The notes below the pieces were generated by a model. The model was given only the letters and a program-made list of their open reading frames with translations, did no database searches and had not been told where the DNA came from. 64,000 nucleotides of DNA from Parcubacteria group bacterium. Its GTDB lineage: Bacteria; Patescibacteriota; Minisyncoccia; Moranbacterales; UBA9337. The stretch is from positions 10,442 through 74,441 of the forward strand of contig JBAZSW010000006.1 in the NCBI GenBank assembly GCA_041662245.1, read 5' to 3'. Positions 10,803-19,888 of this stretch are shown piece by piece (the first letter of the stretch is position 1; every line of letters begins with the position of its first letter). Made by a program: the position numbers and the translations under genes.

Positions 10803-11321
10803 TTATATATTTTTTAAATAATCAACAGCCTCCCCAATTGATTTAAAAATTGGTATCTTATTTTTTCGAGCAATTTTTTGCATATATTTTCGATGATTTT
10901 TAACTTGATCTAAGGCATCACTCTTTGCCCCACCGTCATAATTATTTGCTTCTCGATATTTGATATATTTCTTATTTATACTCCAATCAGGCAAAACTAT
11001 AGCATCTGGCATCAACCAATAACAAGAGGCGCCCATAATCCATAATCCCGCCTCTTTGGCTTGCTTGGTGATGATATCACTTTTTTGTTCAACTTCATTT
11101 ATCACATCGATACCTTCTGTCCACCAATTGGTCTGCGGATGTGCATTTGTCGCCATCCAAATCTCATCACCATCTATCCAGTCTTGTTTTGCTTGATTTT
11201 TTACAAAATAAGTTTTACCGCTTCCTGAGGGTGCCAAAATAAAAAATCCCTTAGTATGAGTAACATATTTTTCCCGAAACTTTTTTAGGACATCCTCTCC
11301 ATCACAAAAAATTTGAAACAT
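10803..11321 (-). CDS. P-loop NTPase, function unknown
   Basis: Walker A 'APSGSGKTYF', 172 aa. Confidence 0.4.
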   Translation of the reverse strand: MFQIFCDGEDVLKKFREKYVTHTKGFFILAPSGSGKTYFVKNQAKQDWIDGDEIWMATNAHPQTNWWTEGIDVINEVEQKSDIITKQAKEAGLWIMGASCYWLMPDAIVLPDWSINKKYIKYREANNYDGGAKSDALDQVKNHRKYMQKIARKNKIPIFKSIGEAVDYLKNI

Positions 11322-11333
11322 ATATTTTTAAGA

Positions 11334-12194
11334 TTAAGTTATTTCATATTCCCTCCCTTGAATTTTGCTACTAACCTTCCCTTTGCAATTAATATTGAGG
11401 CTAATCCCAGCACCGTAATCAACTGCCAGATAATTATTAGAATTCATTTCTGCTACTTTATTTTTAGTATAAGGACTGATTGTGTCATAATGAGAAACCG
11501 GCCAAATGATAAGTCTTTTTCCGGAATGTTTTTTATGATAATAATCTGAAAAGTTTTTTAAAGTTTCTATAAATTTGTTATATCGCATCAAAATATCCTC
11601 TGGCCCTTCAGCTCCCAATTTTTTTCTTTCATCTTTTTCCCAATCTTCTTCAAAAGCTTGCCAAAATTGTTGCGTCAAACTACCATACTTGGATTTTAAA
11701 TATTCGAAAAACTCTGGTGATTGATTTATGAATCTTGGTTCTTGAATAGCTTTATTTTTTGTCGGAACTGGACTATCATTTTTTTCACTTACCCCCGTTC
11801 TCGAATTCAAAAGCTGATTCTTATTCAAATCGTATTTTTTAAATACATCTAGTACTCCTTTTACAACTTCGCTAGCTGTTTCAAAGCTTCGCATACCCTT
11901 GGCTTTTCCATAGTCAGTATTGCTAGCAATTACCAAAATATCAACATTTTTACGCTCATCACCTGATAGATCTTCAAATTTGTTTGTTAAAATTTCCACT
12001 GTTTGCTCGTAAGCTTTTTTTGCATCTTCTCGTTCGAGACTGCCTGATCTTTCATGCTCGACATCTCTGATATACTTTTCGTGTCTCTGCATCACAATTT
12101 CTGTTTCGCCTACACTAGGCATTTCTCTTGAAATATCAGACCTTGTTATTTTTTCAAGCGGTTTTGGCATGTTAGCTTCGGGCGACTTAAACAT
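11334..12194 (-). CDS. hypothetical protein
   Basis: 286-aa ORF, no family recognised. Confidence 0.4.
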   Translation of the reverse strand: MFKSPEANMPKPLEKITRSDISREMPSVGETEIVMQRHEKYIRDVEHERSGSLEREDAKKAYEQTVEILTNKFEDLSGDERKNVDILVIASNTDYGKAKGMRSFETASEVVKGVLDVFKKYDLNKNQLLNSRTGVSEKNDSPVPTKNKAIQEPRFINQSPEFFEYLKSKYGSLTQQFWQAFEEDWEKDERKKLGAEGPEDILMRYNKFIETLKNFSDYYHKKHSGKRLIIWPVSHYDTISPYTKNKVAEMNSNNYLAVDYGAGISLNINCKGKVSSKIQGREYEIT

Positions 12195-12250
12195 AACGAT
12201 AAAGTAAAAAATTATATTTTAATTATATCATAAAAAGTGATTATTAAAGA

Positions 12251-12300
12251 CTGCCTTTAATAACTTCTCTTTTTGGTAATTTATTTACATGTATTTTACG
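12251..12300. repeat. ~50-bp direct repeat, copy 1 (27-bp perfect core ctgcctttaataacttctctttttggt)
   Basis: Same sequence recurs at 12767-12818. Confidence 0.6.
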
Positions 12301-12397
12301 TTTAAATTATCCCTTAGTAAAGCAGATCTCTGCAAATTTAAAACGGCTCATTATTTTTCATAACAAACCGTTTATTTTCACAAAGTTTTGCAATTGA

Positions 12398-12631
12398 TTA
12401 TTTTTTTTCTGGAGGAGCTAATACCTTCTTTTCCAAGTGTTTAGACAAACCCCACCTGTCATCCGTCTTAAACAACACAAAAAGAAGGAGGCATTCTACC
12501 AACAGTAAAATGAAAAACCACATCCAAGACCGAGTATAAATTCCAACAATAGCCGGAATTACCAACATTGCCACAAAAAATAGGCGACCCAATATTGGAA
12601 TAACACGACCCGATTCATAAGCAATACCCAT
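12398..12631 (-). CDS. small membrane protein
   Basis: 77 aa, two hydrophobic helices. Confidence 0.3.
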   Translation of the reverse strand: MGIAYESGRVIPILGRLFFVAMLVIPAIVGIYTRSWMWFFILLLVECLLLFVLFKTDDRWGLSKHLEKKVLAPPEKK

Positions 12632-12766
12632 AAAAACCTCCCTTTTTTCTTATTTATGAATGATGAATTAATCCTATATGCCATAATAAAATGAACAACA
12701 CACAAACAGATAACTCCTGATTGACACTAAAGCATATTATGAAACATACAAAAAGTCAAGCCAACG

Positions 12767-12818
12767 CTGCCTTTAATAACTTCTCTTTTTGGTGACTTAT
12801 TTACTTGCATGTATCTTA
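12767..12818. repeat. ~50-bp direct repeat, copy 2
   Basis: Matches 12251-12300 with few mismatches. Confidence 0.6.
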
Positions 12819-12903
12819 TAACTAAATTATTCCAGAATAAAGTAAATTTCAATAAAATAAAAACCAGTGATTCGCCGTTAGGCAAACCACTGGAAATTAG
12901 AAA

Positions 12904-14100
12904 TTATTTTTCTCCGCTAAAAAACTTTAACAATGAATCTGGAGGATTTTTGATCATTTCTTGACCCAAAATCGATTCCAATGAAACCTTGCGATTCCGA
13001 ATACTATGCTCCCAAATTTTAATGAACTCCGGATACAAAACAACCATCGCTTTCATTATTTCTTCGGGTGCAGGGGCCAATTGACCTTCTTGAAAAAGCA
13101 AACTTTGTTGAGCATTGGCTGCCTCAAGTCTGATAAAACTACAGGAATCATAAGAAGTATGCTCTGGATAAATAAAAAGTTTAAATTCTTTATCAAAACC
13201 ATACTCTATCTGCAGATTCATATACAAATGACGATGTAAGGCGATTCGTTTTGAATACACAACTCTTCCTTCGTCATTGGACCTGACACAATCAATAGGT
13301 TGAGAGATCTTAATCACCTGAGTCATATCGCCATAACGTTTATCACGAATACAAACCGTTTTGTAAAATCTGGAATATTGCCCTTCTTTTTTAGGTTTAA
13401 TCCTGACGATTCGAGTGCAAATTCCAAAATTCCGAAACAAAATATTTGCACAAGCAATGGGGCGACCATCACCGGTTTTTTCTTCGACAAAAGATAGTTT
13501 ATAACCCAGTTCACTAAGCTCTTGGATATTTCCCTCGTAAGCCTCCGCTTCGTTTCCTTGCCAAAACTTCTCCCCAAGTTCTTTTGGGGCAAAAAAATTA
13601 TCAATGCTACTTATGCCACTCCAACAGTCAACGCTACTTGTCGCCGTATCAGAATCTTTTTCAGAGCAAAACTCCCTCAGAAAAAGAGGCCAGGTAGAGC
13701 AATCAACCGCCCTTAAAAAATCAGGCAAAAACATTATACGTGTAGCGAAATCTAGACGACTCTTTTCAAATCGACCAGGAAAATCGGTAGGTAAACCAAA
13801 GATAAACATATCTGATAGACGCCACCCCTCAGGAGTCTGCAAATAATCCGATCTATTTTCTTTCGCGATCATTTTCCAAGCCTTCACTGCCTTTCTCATC
13901 AACCTTATCAATTCTATTTTATGCCCGAAATCTCTGAATTGCGAGCTAACGAAGTTATCAATAGAATTGACTGAAGGAGCTTCCTTGACCCATTCGCGTA
14001 AAATTGGATGGCGGAAAGCCCAAGTTGCGTCTATGATCAGTTCCGGCAAACACATTTTTTTCTCTCGTTCTTCCATTTCCTTTCTGTCGTCCTCGTTCAT
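12904..14100 (-). CDS. hypothetical protein
   Basis: 398-aa ORF, no family recognised. Confidence 0.4.
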   Translation of the reverse strand: MNEDDRKEMEEREKKMCLPELIIDATWAFRHPILREWVKEAPSVNSIDNFVSSQFRDFGHKIELIRLMRKAVKAWKMIAKENRSDYLQTPEGWRLSDMFIFGLPTDFPGRFEKSRLDFATRIMFLPDFLRAVDCSTWPLFLREFCSEKDSDTATSSVDCWSGISSIDNFFAPKELGEKFWQGNEAEAYEGNIQELSELGYKLSFVEEKTGDGRPIACANILFRNFGICTRIVRIKPKKEGQYSRFYKTVCIRDKRYGDMTQVIKISQPIDCVRSNDEGRVVYSKRIALHRHLYMNLQIEYGFDKEFKLFIYPEHTSYDSCSFIRLEAANAQQSLLFQEGQLAPAPEEIMKAMVVLYPEFIKIWEHSIRNRKVSLESILGQEMIKNPPDSLLKFFSGEK

Positions 14101-14400
14101 AATGCTCTCCTTTTTTGTTTCACCTTGACCAGCAAGGCAAAAAATTATGGGGTAATCTCCCCGCTATAAGGAACTTCAATTCTGACCTGCAGAATTGATA
14201 AAAATAGCTTAACTTATAAATATTTTACTGTCAATTTAATTGGAAATTAAAAAAACAGCCCCCAGAAAGAAACCATTTTCAGTATACACGCCGTAGTAAA
14301 TACAACTAGAAACAACATTTTGGAAAATTGGAACAGAATTGATGTCAGATTACAACGTGCTCAAGCCTTAATGCAACAAATATAATATAAAAAAATAAAG

Positions 14401-14440
14401 AGCCCTCAATGCGCATTAGCATGAGGGCTTCGTTTTTGTA
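14401..14440 (+). terminator. hairpin + T-run (terminator-like)
   Basis: Perfect stem agccctca/tgagggct followed by tcgtttttg. Confidence 0.35.
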
Positions 14441-14724
14441 CTTCGAGTACTTCTTTGCCAGTCCTAGATGCCTTACCTAGGAAAACAACTGAACTGACTT
14501 TTTTCATATCGATATGCAATTTCAATTTTTTGAAACAAACAAACTACGATAATTCAATTAACAACTAAGCAACGTTTTTGGAAAATTTTCTGCGATGTTA
14601 CAATGTTATTGCTTTGCTACAAATTGATTAGATTATCTGCTTACCTAGGAAGCTTGATATCCAATCACGCTGTGCTCTATAATCACTTACTTCTTGATCA
14701 TGTGACATTTTAGCATATATAAAA

Positions 14725-14750
14725 ATATTTGTCAAGGGGCTGACAAATAT
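14725..14750. promoter_or_regulatory. perfect 10-bp-arm palindrome atatttgtca-aggggc-tgacaaatat
   Basis: Seen directly. Candidate dimeric regulator site in an ORF-free accessory region. Confidence 0.3.
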
Positions 14751-14772
14751 AGACTAGTTTAATACGAAAAAT

Positions 14773-14808
14773 AAGGCTTTACGGAGCCTTATTTTGTCAT
14801 TTGCACGG
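14773..14808. repeat. hairpin + 'TTTTGTCATTTGCACGG' module, copy 1
   Basis: Hairpin aaggctttacggagcctt immediately followed by the 17-nt motif. The same motif follows a hairpin at 15753-15792. Confidence 0.5.
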
Positions 14809-15043
14809 AAGAAGGTATACGCTTCGAACTTTGATGGTGGAAAATTGGGAATTTGTTAGTAAAAAAATGGAACGAGCGATGATTTTAATAAAATAAAAAA
14901 GGTGGACAGCAATATAATCTCCAAAGTCGTTTTCTTTTAATTTTTATTAAAAGAATCGTTTCTTTTTTGAATTACATATTTGTCCACCCATTAGCCTATT
15001 TCGAAAAAACAGTCGATTTTACTACTACGAGACTACGTTAACC

Positions 15044-15571
15044 CTAGGAATCAAGCGTCTGGGACAATCCGCAATGCGAAGGAATTCCATTGTCGCCCTT
15101 CCATTTTTCAGAAGACTGACCTTCGCGTATTTTCTTATAGCAATCAACGGCACTTTGGATATTTACGCTTCCGACGCGAATTGTGATGACAGATCGATAT
15201 GCATAAGCGCTGGAATGTATACATGCCGTTGGCACTTCAAACTTCTTATCTGCATATGTCACAGAATATACGGCCTTGCCCATACTGTCAGTGCCCTGCT
15301 TGATGTGATGATTTTCTTCTTTGAGAATGGTATCGTAGATAGTCACCTTTAAAATCTTAAGGCCCTTGAAAATCCGATGAACCTCAAGATTAACCATATC
15401 ATTAAACTTGACATAGACCTCGGGGTTTCCATTTTCACGTATTACCGTGGCGACTCCAAGACTGGTATAATTATAACCCGATTCTTTTTCGCCTTCGCCT
15501 TCATTAAGAATCCCCGCCTTTACCATCCTCCGCAAAGCTGATTTCTTATTGAAATAAATTCTCGCTTCCAC
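15044..15571 (-). CDS. hypothetical protein in a GC-richer patch (GTG start, strong SD AAGGAGA)
   Basis: 175-aa ORF. Local GC is clearly above the window average. SD 'AAGGAGA' lies 7 nt upstream of GTG. No family recognised. Confidence 0.45.
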   Translation of the reverse strand: MEARIYFNKKSALRRMVKAGILNEGEGEKESGYNYTSLGVATVIRENGNPEVYVKFNDMVNLEVHRIFKGLKILKVTIYDTILKEENHHIKQGTDSMGKAVYSVTYADKKFEVPTACIHSSAYAYRSVITIRVGSVNIQSAVDCYKKIREGQSSEKWKGDNGIPSHCGLSQTLDS

Positions 15572-15752
15572 TGTCTGTCTCCTTGTGTGTAATTAAATGG
15601 TTTAATTTCGTTTAGTTTTGTTCTTTTCGACTGTAAATTCTCAAAGGGCTAATGTGAATTGTTTGATACTTATCAATTAATTCAACTTTTTATGATGGCA
15701 CAAAACTAGTACTTTGTCAAATATTTTCCTTGTATGTGTTAATTAAAAATAG

Positions 15753-15792
15753 AAAAACGCCCTTTTTTAGGCGTTTTTTGTCATTTGCACGG
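15753..15792. repeat. hairpin + 'TTTTGTCATTTGCACGG' module, copy 2
   Basis: Hairpin aaaaacgcc-ctttttta-ggcgttttt followed by the identical 17-nt motif. Confidence 0.5.
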
Positions 15793-16092
15793 GGTCGTCA
15801 GGGACGTTAAAACTATTTTTATGAATAAAAAGGGATATATTTATATCCCAGATCTTAGCATGGAGGCTCAAATAAAGGATATCCCAATTATCTCTCCTGT
15901 ATAAATGAATATATCACACTAGCAGATTTACTTTATTAACTCAATTTCATCTGATTAATTTTTAGTTAAATTTCTTCCACATACCTTCTGAAATTATACT
16001 CATTTCGCTATCAATAATTTTAATTGCACCTTGATCATCAAGAGTATAAAAAGTTTCATAAATTATTTTTCTAATTTATTATTATATACGAA

Positions 16093-16965
16093 TTACACAC
16101 CGATTTTCCAGACACCTTTTTCCCTAAAGGCTGGGATATTTTGTCTTCTGGCAGCATTCAAAAGTGCATGCACTGACTGCGAATTCTTTTTTGCATATTC
16201 AGATAATTTAACAATTTCTTCACCTTTCAAATATGTGATTCTTTTATGCAATGATTCCATCAAGGCCAGAGATAAAACTTTTTCCATTGTCTTTGAATTT
16301 TCCTGATGGCGATAATCACCAAATGATTTATAGTACTGTGCTTTTTCCTTGTCACGAATAATTATCATTGGAAGTCCAAGCCTTAAAAATTGATAATTCA
16401 TAAGAACCCTGCCAATTCTTCCATTGCCATCACAAAAAGGATGAATTGTCTCAAAGTCCAAATGAAATTTGGCAATCTTGTCTAAAAAATATTTGTCTAA
16501 ATTGTTAGTATAATAACTTAATATATCATCAACCATTGAATCAACTTTTTCTGGAGCTGGAGCCACATGTGTTCCAACTCGCACATACTCACCAGTTTTT
16601 CGCAGTCGTCCTGCGAATTCATCATTAATTCCGCCAATCAACATCTGATGGAGCAATAAAATTAATTCCTTATCAATATCTTTTTCTTTGGATTTATCTC
16701 GGATATAGTTAATAACCCTAGACAAATTTTTTGCCTCATAAACTTCTCGCACGCTCACATCGCGAGAAACTTCCATTTCCAAAAGGATTTTTTCAGTTTC
16801 TTTTAATGTTAAAGTTGAATTTTCAATAGCATTAGAATTATAAACACTCTCTGGAATTTCAGCCTCATCAAGTAAAACCAGCAGGGACTCTTTCCCTTTG
16901 CGAAGTTTGTCATATTCACTTTTTAGTGCCCCAATGCGCTTTTTAATTGGATTTGTAATTGGCAT
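16093..16965 (-). CDS. Fic/DOC family protein (AMPylase/toxin-like)
   Basis: Canonical Fic motif 'HPFCDGNGRIGR'. Confidence 0.8.
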   Translation of the reverse strand: MPITNPIKKRIGALKSEYDKLRKGKESLLVLLDEAEIPESVYNSNAIENSTLTLKETEKILLEMEVSRDVSVREVYEAKNLSRVINYIRDKSKEKDIDKELILLLHQMLIGGINDEFAGRLRKTGEYVRVGTHVAPAPEKVDSMVDDILSYYTNNLDKYFLDKIAKFHLDFETIHPFCDGNGRIGRVLMNYQFLRLGLPMIIIRDKEKAQYYKSFGDYRHQENSKTMEKVLSLALMESLHKRITYLKGEEIVKLSEYAKKNSQSVHALLNAARRQNIPAFREKGVWKIGV

Positions 16966-17095
16966 ATTTTTTAGTTAATATTATACATTAAGTATACAGT
17001 ATTAACGTATTATTGTCAATATATCGTTAATATTATGATAAAATAAGATAAATTAACTACTTTTTATATGTAATACTAACTATCAGAATCAAAAA

Positions 17096-17118
17096 AGAGG
17101 CTTATGCAAGCCTCAATT
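17096..17118 (-). terminator. rho-independent terminator downstream of tRNA-Trp
   Basis: Perfect 7-bp stem gaggctt-atgc-aagcctc followed by TTTTTT on the minus strand. Confidence 0.55.
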
Positions 17119-17137
17119 TCAGTTCTATTCTCAAGTG

Positions 17138-17208
17138 CACGGGATGTAGGAATCGAACCTACGTCAGAGCTTTTGGAGAGCCCCATATTACCACTATACG
17201 AATCCCGC
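17138..17208 (-). tRNA. tRNA-Trp (anticodon CCA)
   Basis: Hand-folded cloverleaf: acceptor GCGGGAT/ATCCCGT, D-loop AGTGGTA, anticodon stem GGGCT/AGCTC, loop CTCCAAA, T-arm GTAGG-TTCGATT-CCTAC. CCA is not encoded. Confidence 0.8.
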
Positions 17209-17212
17209 AGTA

Positions 17213-17875
17213 TTATTTTGATAACGTTTTGTACAAATCAATTAACTCCTTCCTAATTCTATAATCATAATAACGAACACTTATGCAACCTGGGTAATTC
17301 TCTCTCTTAATCTTTCCTGAATTCTTTTTAAGGAAAGGCTTAATAAATTGCTTTGAAGGAATATTTGTCACTTTTGACCAAAACTCAATTTGTTTTTTAG
17401 GATTATGATAAGAATGTAAATGAATTGATATTCTAAATTTGCTTTCAGAAATAACAAATGATTTTCGAAACATTTTTAAAAAATAGCTAACCATATTAGG
17501 ATCAGAATTAATAAAAGACATCCTGCCTCCATCTAATTTACCACCTTCACACCAATATAGTACGGCACAAACTAACTTAGAAAATGAAATATTATTTTCG
17601 ATATTCTTAAGTTCTTCTAATATTTCTTCACTTTTTCTATGTATTAATTCATTTTCTTTTTCTGTAGCTTCTCGTCTCGTAGCGTTTCCCTTTTCTCTGC
17701 CATCTATACCTAATTTTTCAATTCTGTTCTTAGCATTTGCTGATAATTCAATATCTCTCAACCACAAACTTGCAGTGCTTTTTGAAATATACAAAATTTC
17801 ACTAATTTCTCTAAATGAAAAACCTTTTTTTCTTAAGCTGATTGCTCTCTCTTTTAATTTAAGATTGTGTTTCAT
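17213..17875 (-). CDS. HTH-domain protein of unknown function, located between rpmG and tRNA-Trp
   Basis: 220 aa with an N-terminal helix-turn-helix 'LRKKGFSFREISEILYISKSTASLWL'. No catalytic motif recognised. Confidence 0.45.
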   Translation of the reverse strand: MKHNLKLKERAISLRKKGFSFREISEILYISKSTASLWLRDIELSANAKNRIEKLGIDGREKGNATRREATEKENELIHRKSEEILEELKNIENNISFSKLVCAVLYWCEGGKLDGGRMSFINSDPNMVSYFLKMFRKSFVISESKFRISIHLHSYHNPKKQIEFWSKVTNIPSKQFIKPFLKKNSGKIKRENYPGCISVRYYDYRIRKELIDLYKTLSK

Positions 17876-17943
17876 GGAACACTAATTATAGGTTATACAA
17901 CTCCCTATAAGGATTCTAACACGATCTTAAAAAAATACCGATA

Positions 17944-18102
17944 TTACTTCTTCATTTCCTTATGTAGTGTATGAGTTTTACAAAATTTACAATGCTTTTT
18001 CATTTCCAATTTCTCTTTGATTTTTTTCTTGTTTCGTCCTGTATAATAATTGATATTTTTACATTCCCCACATCTCATTTTCACTAAATTTTCATTAGCC
18101 AT
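17944..18102 (-). CDS. rpmG: 50S ribosomal protein L33
   Basis: 52-aa ORF below the ORF-track cutoff: [52 protein letters not shown]. CxxC...CxxC zinc ribbon, L33-like. Confidence 0.75.
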   Translation of the reverse strand: MANENLVKMRCGECKNINYYTGRNKKKIKEKLEMKKHCKFCKTHTLHKEMKK

Positions 18103-18207
18103 ATTTTTAACTGATAGCTTTTTAGGTAATAGCTTTTTAGATTAACTACAAGCTAACTTCTACAACCTACAAGCTGATTTAAATTATTTCTTAAATTAAA
18201 TTCCCTG

Positions 18208-18280
18208 AGCCGTTGCGCAGAATCGAACTGCGGACCTTTTCCTTACCATGGAAATGCTCTACCATCTGAGCTACAACGGC
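18208..18280 (-). tRNA. tRNA-Thr (anticodon GGT)
   Basis: Acceptor GCCGTTG/CAACGGC, D-arm GCTC-AGATGGTA-GAGC, anticodon loop ATGGTAA, T-arm CGCAG-TTCGATT-CTGCG. Confidence 0.85.
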
Positions 18281-18429
18281 ACCGTGCGCAAATTCCCAAG
18301 TACCAAAAAACAATTTCCAAACAAACATCAAATCACAATTCACAAAAATAATTCAAATATATGATTTTTCCTTTTTTTAATTTGTCCGTATCTTATTTCT
18401 TGCAATTTATTCCTTTAATTCACTTTTTG

Positions 18430-18512
18430 TGGGCCGGGACGGATTTGAACCGCCGTAGACCGAAGTCGTCAGATTTACAGTCTGATGCAATTGACCGCTC
18501 TGCCACCGACCC
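18430..18512 (-). tRNA. tRNA-Tyr (anticodon GTA), long variable arm
   Basis: Acceptor GGGTCGG/CCGGCCC, anticodon stem TCAGA/TCTGA, loop CTGTAAA, long variable arm, T-loop TTCAAAT. Confidence 0.85.
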
Positions 18513-18517
18513 ACTAT

Positions 18518-18784
18518 TTACTTCTTTATATCTAACTTGCAAAATAATTCTTTAAGTTGTTGCTTTAAAAATCTTTTGCCTTCAGTTGTTTTTAAATATT
18601 TTTCTCTCCTTTCTGCATCTTCTTTTACTGCATAAACTTCATAATGAATAAGTCTAACAGGTAATCTCTTGCTTGTAAACTCTGCTTCACCTCTTTTGTG
18701 TTCAGCTATCCTTCTTTTCAGATCATTAGTAAAGCCAGTATACAATTGATTGTTTTTTAACAATAAAATATAGACATAAAACAT
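18518..18784 (-). CDS. GIY-YIG nuclease domain protein
   Basis: 88 aa. 'YVYILL...YTGFTNDLKRRIAEH' matches the GIY-YIG motif. Sits inside the tRNA cluster. Confidence 0.7.
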   Translation of the reverse strand: MFYVYILLLKNNQLYTGFTNDLKRRIAEHKRGEAEFTSKRLPVRLIHYEVYAVKEDAERREKYLKTTEGKRFLKQQLKELFCKLDIKK

Positions 18785-18820
18785 ATGCAGTCCACTTTAT
18801 TATTATAATATCATTTTGTG

Positions 18821-18893
18821 AGCCACCTGTCGGGCTCGGACCGACGACCTACTGTTTACAAAACAGTTGCTCTACCAACTGAGCTAAGGTGGC
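18821..18893 (-). tRNA. tRNA-Thr (anticodon TGT)
   Basis: Acceptor GCCACCT/AGGTGGC, D-arm GCTC-AGTTGGTA-GAGC, anticodon loop TTTGTAA, T-arm GTCGG-TCCGAGC-CCGAC. Confidence 0.85.
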
Positions 18894-18992
18894 ATAATTA
18901 TTTCTTATATTAAATATTTTAAATAGCATTTTTATCTTCTTCATCTAAGGCTCGCCCTATCATTCGATAGGGCGTCATGTCGGATGACATGG

Positions 18993-19049
18993 CGGACCGA
19001 CGACCTACTGTTTACAAAACAGTTGCTCTACCAACTGAGCTAAGGTGGC
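18993..19049 (-). pseudogene. truncated duplicate of tRNA-Thr(TGT), 5' 57 nt only
   Basis: 57 nt identical to positions 1-57 of the intact tRNA-Thr(TGT) at 18821-18893. The acceptor 3' strand is absent. Followed by two perfect hairpins (18976-18991, 18954-18973). Confidence 0.6.
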
Positions 19050-19136
19050 TTATCTTTAATTTATCTTCAATTCTTTAACCAAATAAAAAACAAACACTTA
19101 TCAATTCTATTCTAAAATTAAATAATTGTAAACAGT

Positions 19137-19883
19137 TTAAAATCTTTTTCGCTTAAATCTGCTTAATTTGTTTCTTACACTTAAGCTTTGAGGATTAAGC
19201 TTGAGAACTTGTTTATAACAAGACTCTGCATCAACTTTATTTCCTTGACTAACGTAATAATCTCCTAATCTTTCATAAGCTTCGATATCCCGCGGATCAG
19301 AAGCAATCCTTTCTACCAAAAGGCTTTCTAATTCCTCTTTATTTTCTTCGGGATAAGTAGCTTCTTTACTTATCATAATTCTCTCTTCACGAGCATCTCG
19401 AATGTCCAATTCTTCTTTTTTTATGCCACGACCTCTGTTAAAAATTCCTCCTTTTTTCTCTGTACTGTTATTTCTTACAGCATCCATGGAATTTACTACT
19501 TCCTTAACGACAGGCTCACTTTCAACCAATTCTCCCAAAATTTCATCTTTGCTCTCCACTAACCCGCCTAAACCATTTTCTTCAAAATCCTTTTTATCTA
19601 AGTCTGACTCAATTTCATTTTTTCTATTCTTTATAAAAGTCAACCGCTTCTCTGTCCAGTTATGAGTTTTTAGCGAAAGTACTTTAAAAATGTGAGCAAT
19701 TTTTTCCAAAAAATGCAACCACCTACTTTTGAATTCCATAGAAATTCTACTTTCGATTTTACCGTCTTCTCCATTTTCAATTTCCTTAGCAATTTCTAAT
19801 GATCTCTTGGAAATCAAAAAAATAATAATTGCCAAACTTATAACTATCACGACTGGAGGCAAAATAAAATATAAGTAAAACAT
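19137..19883 (-). CDS. membrane-anchored protein with C-terminal TPR-like repeat
   Basis: N-terminal TM. 'YERLGDYYVSQGNKVDAESCYKQVLKLNP' is TPR-like. Confidence 0.4.
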   Translation of the reverse strand: MFYLYFILPPVVIVISLAIIIFLISKRSLEIAKEIENGEDGKIESRISMEFKSRWLHFLEKIAHIFKVLSLKTHNWTEKRLTFIKNRKNEIESDLDKKDFEENGLGGLVESKDEILGELVESEPVVKEVVNSMDAVRNNSTEKKGGIFNRGRGIKKEELDIRDAREERIMISKEATYPEENKEELESLLVERIASDPRDIEAYERLGDYYVSQGNKVDAESCYKQVLKLNPQSLSVRNKLSRFKRKRF

Positions 19884-19888
19884 CTTTT

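Noticed and set aside
14760-14850. Possible tRNA-like or tmRNA fragment around 'cgcttcgaactttgatggtgg'
   Set aside because: It contains a TTCGAA-like loop but no complementary T-stem or acceptor pairing could be built.
18361-18555. 64-aa plus-strand ORF
   Set aside because: Lies directly over tRNA-Tyr on the opposite strand; an artefact of tRNA sequence.
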